From assembly GCA_020054495.1 (NCBI GenBank), contig JAHWGK010000008.1:2883-66882 (forward strand): a stretch of DNA of 64,000 nt, given 5' to 3'. The position numbers and the translations under genes were made by a program. Position 1 is the stretch's first letter, and every line of letters begins with the position of its first letter. Positions 60,101 to 64,000 of this stretch are shown here, piece after piece. Source of the DNA: Thermoplasmata archaeon (GTDB lineage: Archaea; Thermoplasmatota; E2; DHVEG-1). The notes under the pieces are model-generated. The model worked only from the letters and a program-made list of their open reading frames with translations, ran no database searches and had not been told where the DNA came from.

Positions 60101-61041
60101 TGAGCGATGTCCTTATTTGATCGGGATGCTTTTTTAATTTCATTTTCTAAAAAATCAGAAAAACTCGCATCAGGGAAACCAAAATCTTCACAAGCTTTAG
60201 TAAGAATAAGTCTCATAAATAATGCAAAAGCAGTCTCAAGACAGAATGATACAATATATCTATCTTCTTCTTTGCTTATCAACAAACCAGTTTCTTTAAA
60301 AATCGGTCTCCAATTATTTGGAACCTGATCCTTTGTTAATGATTTTGCATAAGATTTCTTCCAAAAATTATAAGCACTCTCAGTAAAAGTTAATTTTTCT
60401 CTTTCATCTTTGAATAAATCGATAATCGAACAAACGAGTGAAGAAAAAATAGATCCTTCACAAAGTCTGAAACTTTCATAAAAATGCTCTCGAGAAATTT
60501 CCTCTTCTAAAGCTAATCTTTCATCCGGATCTGTAAATTTTTCAAGATAATTCTTTACGTTCTTAATTAAAGTGGTACCATAATCTGGTTTTTTAAGATG
60601 TATTAATAGATCAGAAATTAAAATTTCATGAAAATTTTCAACAGAGTTAGAAAGTTTATTATTTCGTATCAAACTATTTCTTTGCCGTTCATAAAAAATA
60701 AGATCTTTACCATTGTATAATAAACCATATTTTGCCTTTAGTGGTTTAACATATTTTTCCAATAAATCATTTTCAAAACTATCTAAATTTTCAACTGAAG
60801 GTTTTTTGAACTCTATTACAAAAATTACATCCCCAAATTCATCAGTACAGTGAATATCAGTTCTTTTACCGGTGACTAATCTTTCTTCATAAAATACTTC
60901 ATTTTTTAGATATCCAAGTGTTTTTAGAATATTAGTTTGAGCGAAATTTATTCTGAGAGTCGATTCATTCATTGATGGTTTTTTCTTAACATCCTTTAAT
61001 ACTATTTCAAAACCTTTTTTTATTTCATGTAAATCAGTCAT
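57166..61041 (-). CDS. Type IIG/IIC-like fused restriction-modification enzyme (nuclease + N6-adenine MTase + target recognition region)
   Basis: RTDI...IEFKKP nuclease; LGEFYTP, LDPACGSGTFL, VVGNPPY; LSILNSKL...Y TaqI-like C-terminus. Confidence 0.88.
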   Translation of the reverse strand: MTDLHEIKKGFEIVLKDVKKKPSMNESTLRINFAQTNILKTLGYLKNEVFYEERLVTGKRTDIHCTDEFGDVIFVIEFKKPSVENLDSFENDLLEKYVKPLKAKYGLLYNGKDLIFYERQRNSLIRNNKLSNSVENFHEILISDLLIHLKKPDYGTTLIKNVKNYLEKFTDPDERLALEEEISREHFYESFRLCEGSIFSSLVCSIIDLFKDEREKLTFTESAYNFWKKSYAKSLTKDQVPNNWRPIFKETGLLISKEEDRYIVSFCLETAFALFMRLILTKACEDFGFPDASFSDFLENEIKKASRSNKDIAQSSYPKIAMEIVRDMQEKLIASVFEEDIFYWWTEEFDNRGYQEFFRDTTLPMSRFGRNVAKILLAVYKFNFSRIEGDPLGILYQKYFDTETRKALGEFYTPIEVVEYILDAVGYNNSGVINKRLLDPACGSGTFLVGALKRYLNNAKRKAKQEGWSKVLADLCNKYHIVGFDIHPFATIMAQVQFTLALLPQYKIAKDESPGFVLNRLPIFRTDSLTKETQVGRMNIEEWDAGKVFSMKIELPVQKEEGESFFEDTFNIPDEKTVLNQTDINDIQQYFGALQAVFDTVKQTADKGKYEIDKSLMEKNLQKYLSDKKWDILADFFEDHANRLLIHIKTLKTEFDDGRLVKSIEDVMLAALLKNFVDYDYVVGNPPYVRVQDLPEKQKNKWLGSYKWVEGNFDIYIPFIERGLEWIKDGNRGKLSYIVSNRFLLTNYGKKMREGLLETVNINKFLDLKDSRVFEDALNYPSIFVFSKGKKERDYFPVARVFKDPNNGKDLLSEVENNFGKLKTPKDHLVGQYSDVFYFKYKNLRSQGWYLMPHNERAIFSKIEKESTDVLEKFTKTQSGGFQGISTSKDDVYILKLIEDKKNSIVAIPKGGGDLIEVEKDIIRPFLFGKDVHRWKIDWKGWYVFFPYKKFELNGNEKYLLIPSKEDEDKFEYSNEYIENLYPSAWNYFKNNEEILRNRENGLYKKDKANDHRWYGITYPRNIEKYDSKKLLVQTLANSSNFVYDESDNYVFAGAGGSNVFGILPKETKDPWFLLSILNSKLLEYYHKHISNIFSGKFYSYGDQFIKLLPIKEPETSAEKEISKKTTAIAKKLMFIEELKRKIEMFPTPYFSQLRKENEIEEFFEIRHVVKRNYSNILPEIQEDLQGTKKIQLGKNDIIDNYKLDSDKKLEYVIRSIKNSKVSKDQEILLRIPIEDKKTEKIIDMHKKDIKKLEKTTKIEDLEEELDKLVYKLYKIKNSDIKIIDEFLNKF

Positions 61042-61708
61042 CCTGACCCTCAACTTGCTCAAAATCTTCAATTATAAAGTTGTTTTCAAATTCTCTACCT
61101 TTAAAAGAATATTTTTTACTAATTAGTTTAACCTGAATCAAGCAATTTAAATCTTCTTCTTCCATTTTCTTTGCGTTTTCTATTTTAATACCAAGTAATT
61201 TTTCAGCAATTTTTCCATTAGCAATAAAAATCCTTGAATCAGAATCCATAGACCATTTTACTCTAATATCCTCTTTTGGTTTTACATCTACATGAACCGG
61301 ACAATGATCATTAACTAAAACTCTATTACATTCAGGACAACGATGAATATATCCACTTTTTGGAATTATATTTTTTATTGTCCCTTCAATATCCCAAGAA
61401 CCTGATGAAGACTTAACATTTTTTCCAATAGGCGTAATTTTTGTCCTTGCATTAAAATTAATTTGCTTATTACCATTCCATGTATCCACAATTGCACTAT
61501 TGATTAGATAACTTCTACCTTCCTCAACTTCTAACAATTTCGATTTCTTCCAAGATACAAATTTAATTTCACCTGTATCATCTGCAACGACTCCTGATTG
61601 CGATATTGAATCTGATGTTGGTTCCCAAAGTTTTAAAACTTTAATTTCTAAAGAAACCCATTCACCTTTTTTGTTTAAATCCGAGATATTCCTCACATCA
61701 TCAGCCAT
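61034..61708 (-). CDS. RPA-like single-stranded DNA-binding protein (OB folds + CX2CX8CX2H zinc finger)
   Basis: EWVSLEIKVLKLWEP...QSGVVADDTGEIKFVSW; RCPECNRVLVNDHCPVH. Confidence 0.8.
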   Translation of the reverse strand: MADDVRNISDLNKKGEWVSLEIKVLKLWEPTSDSISQSGVVADDTGEIKFVSWKKSKLLEVEEGRSYLINSAIVDTWNGNKQINFNARTKITPIGKNVKSSSGSWDIEGTIKNIIPKSGYIHRCPECNRVLVNDHCPVHVDVKPKEDIRVKWSMDSDSRIFIANGKIAEKLLGIKIENAKKMEEEDLNCLIQVKLISKKYSFKGREFENNFIIEDFEQVEGQDD

Positions 61709-61810
61709 AGCTATTAGATTCCCCTTTGAAAACTTCAAAATAGTGATTGATAAACCTAATAATAAATTTTGTCAATAAATAAAATATTTGTTATAGTTCA
61801 TCATTGTAAA

Positions 61811-62308
61811 TCATCCTATGAAACATTTTGAAAATAGTCTATCCAAAGAATCATCTATGGATATTTGTATAAATTTAGTTGGGGGGATTGCAAAAAAGTA
61901 GGTCTTAGATTTACTTGACGTATATTTTGGAATCCCCTCTTCTAAGATTTTTGATATTGGAATCCAAAACCATGTTTTGTAGTCATATTCCTCATTAGAT
62001 AACACATACCATATAGGTAAATTGAATGTTCTTTGTAGGAATGAATATTTTTTTGTTTCGTCACTATCTAAAGTAAACGTTTTGTACCTCTCATTCAGCT
62101 TTTTATTTTTTATATCTACAAAAATGAACCCTAAATTAGGAAGCAATATCATAAAATCTGGTCTTTTACCTTTAAAGTATTTATTAAACGCTGAAGAAAA
62201 TGTCTCTATATCTTGTTGAATATACAAATAAGGTATATTGTGCTTATCCAGCCATTCTTTAAATCTTTGTTCGGCTACATCTCCTTTTATTTTAATTTGT
62301 TCAGCCAT
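61811..62308 (-). CDS. Putative PD-(D/E)xK nuclease
   Basis: GDVAE...RPDFMI...FVDIK. Confidence 0.65.
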   Translation of the reverse strand: MAEQIKIKGDVAEQRFKEWLDKHNIPYLYIQQDIETFSSAFNKYFKGKRPDFMILLPNLGFIFVDIKNKKLNERYKTFTLDSDETKKYSFLQRTFNLPIWYVLSNEEYDYKTWFWIPISKILEEGIPKYTSSKSKTYFFAIPPTKFIQISIDDSLDRLFSKCFIG

Positions 62309-62362
62309 GGTGTATTGTATATCAAAAAAGCATATATAAGCATTGGATACTCTGAAATATGA

Positions 62363-62695
62363 ATGTCACAAGGTAAGGAGGCCATTATTCGCTATATGGA
62401 GCCTGAAAAAGGAAGATTTATTCTTTGTACATGGAGACTTGAAGGAATACCATGGAAAGTAATTGAGGACATTAGAAAATGGACCGATAAAACTGTTTTT
62501 GTCAAAGGCGCAAGAATATGGATTAAACCGAGGAGCAAAATAGGATATCCAGGAGAATACGATCTAAACATTAAAGGCAGAGGACATGATGATAGATGTA
62601 CTTGGTGCGAATCGTTTAGGACAGCTTTGACTAATAAGATGAAAGAAGATATGAATTGCTCTGTAAGGGAAACCGGTAGCTGTATTTTTGATTAA
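62363..62695 (+). CDS. Hypothetical protein, 110 aa
   Basis: Fills the gap, TATATAA upstream; no recognised motif. Confidence 0.55.
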   Translation: MSQGKEAIIRYMEPEKGRFILCTWRLEGIPWKVIEDIRKWTDKTVFVKGARIWIKPRSKIGYPGEYDLNIKGRGHDDRCTWCESFRTALTNKMKEDMNCSVRETGSCIFD

Positions 62696-62792
62696 AAATT
62701 TGGTGGAATATCATCGTTAGTAATTATTGAAACTTTACAATCATCACAAATATCGTCAGGATTATCTGTTTCGTTTACACCACAAATTTTAC
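62692..62792 (-). pseudogene. 3' part of a small zinc-finger-like gene interrupted by the group II intron
   Basis: Minus strand reads (x)GT-AAA-ATT-TGT: [C]KICGVNETDNPDDICDDCKVSIITNDDIPPNF*; first codon is cut at the intron 5' boundary. Confidence 0.55.
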
Positions 62793-64000
62793 GGGTGCCT
62801 TGCATGGCTGTCTGCTAGGCAGTGAAAATCTGCCCTCTTCAATTTCCCTTTCGGAAGAGTAGTCGAAGGGACTCAAAAGTCTGGCATCCTACATGGATGG
62901 CAAGCTTATAACCGTGAGGTTATGGGTGAAGGAAGCTGCAGACAAAACCACAGGCCAAAACCATAATGGTGAACCTAGATGTAGCATCATACAATTGATG
63001 ACCTACTGTAAAATTAGGGAAATCTGGTGCAGCATACTGCTGATATAAAGGGAATATAAAGTATGCTGGATGTATGGTGTATCAGGGTTGGCATGTGGCG
63101 AAAGTAGATGGTCTTACCAAGGGAGAACTCATACAATCCTACATGGGAAGGTAGGTAAGGAACAACATAACCACGTTCGTGGGAAAGTCAAGTACTAATG
63201 TTGTATGAGGAGTCAGCTGACTCATAGTAGCAATGAAGTCAAGCCAATGATATGCTGGTAACAGATTGGAGGATAAAACTTGGCTGAGTGAAGGGGTCTG
63301 GTTCGTGAGAACTGAATACTGGCAAATCGTGGATTAGCAATGCTTTGCGTTGCTTGGAAACGCAAACTTAAGGTTTGTAGATTTGTTGGTTTTGGTCGGT
63401 GAGGAAGACATAGAATGTTTGAGTATCTTAGGAAATTCAGGGAGCATTTTCCAGAGCGGAAATTTTTCCAGTTGATAGACAAGATATACGACATGAATAA
63501 CCTGAGGGATGCCTGGAAAAAAGGTTAAATCCAATAAAGGTTGTGCAGGGATAGATAAACAGAGTATATGTGATTTCCAGAAACAATGTGACTTATATCT
63601 CAAGGAAATTCAGAGAGCAGTGAAGAACGGTAGTTACGAGGCAATGCCGGTGTTACGGAAATATATTCCTAAAGGAAACGGTAAGTTTAGACCGTTGGGT
63701 ATACCAACAGTAAAAGATAGAATTCTACAACAAGCAACAAAGAATGTTATTGAAACGATATTTGAAATGAAATTTCTTGATTGCAGTTACGGGTATCGAC
63801 CTGACAGAAATGCACATCAAGCAGTGAAGCAAATAAGGAAATACATAGAACAGGGTTACACATGGGTTATTGATGCGGATGTGGAAAAATTCTTTGACTC
63901 TGTAGACCATAAATTACTAATGGGCTTGGTGTCAGAGGAAATCAGTGATGGAAAAGTATTGGACCTTATAGAATCATGGCTTAAAGCAGGTGTAATGAAC
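62793..64000 (+). mobile_element. Group II intron, 5' part (ribozyme domains I-III and start of RT ORF)
   Basis: Starts GGGTGCCTTGCATGG; GAAGGAAG and CTTACCAAGGGAG elements; stem 63128-63136/63201-63209; loop GTAAAAT (63008-63014) complementary to exon end ATTTTAC (62786-62792); RT follows. Confidence 0.88.
63415..64000 (+). pseudogene. ltrA: Group II intron reverse transcriptase/maturase, frameshifted at A6 run 63517-63522, truncated by window end
   Basis: LIDKIYDMNNLRDAWK then, in +1 frame, KVKSNKGCAGID, YIPKGNGKFRPLGIPTVKDRILQ, SYGYRP, IDADVEKFFDSVDH. Confidence 0.85.

Larger units (their letters stand above)
55661..64000. mobile_element. Integrated element at tRNA-Arg, extends past window end
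   Basis: Tyrosine integrase ends about 65 bp from the tRNA 3' end; followed by RM, RPA-like, nuclease genes and a group II intron; distal att copy not seen in window. Confidence 0.75.

Noticed and set aside
921-63910. Short ORF-track entries overlapping longer genes (e.g. 2144-2407, 34880-35239, 40702-41154, 52672-53028, 55622-55804, 63222-63603)
   Set aside because: They lie antisense or out of frame within well-supported genes, the tRNA or the intron, with no recognisable motifs
13881-64000. Diversity-generating retroelement (C-terminal repeats plus an RT)
   Set aside because: Differences between repeat copies are not adenine-specific, all copies are coding with no separate template repeat, and the RT sits inside a group II intron RNA
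1-64000. CRISPR array or rRNA
   Set aside because: No regularly spaced short repeats and no long non-coding RNA-like region other than the intron

Overview
AT-rich archaeal chromosomal segment. Gene content (uS15/eL15, Pcc1, RaSEA, FBP aldolase/phosphatase, TrpB2, NreA, several secreted gingipain-like C25 proteases with PKD domains) suggests a heterotrophic, peptide-degrading member of Thermoplasmatota, probably MBG-D/DHVEG-1-like; this placement is inference. In order: 3' part of a his operon; an aspartate-semialdehyde-to-homocysteine operon with a divergent HTH-CBS regulator; repair, PPIase and tRNA-modification genes; a methanogen-type SerRS; a 7-gene lipid cluster (LuxE, LuxC, three SCP2 proteins, two Fe-S/FAD oxidoreductases, no luciferase); five secreted proteases sharing a near-identical, mosaic C-terminal PKD-plus-amphipathic-tail cassette; trpY/trpB2 with TRP boxes; and, after tRNA-Arg(CCT), an integrated element (tyrosine integrase, small RHH-like protein, type IIG restriction-modification enzyme, RPA-like protein, nuclease) containing a group II intron that runs off the right edge. 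The best candidates for an undescribed system are the LuxCE-SCP2-FAD lipid cluster and the shared C-terminal cassette on the secreted proteases. All calls come from reading motifs by eye; no searches were run.
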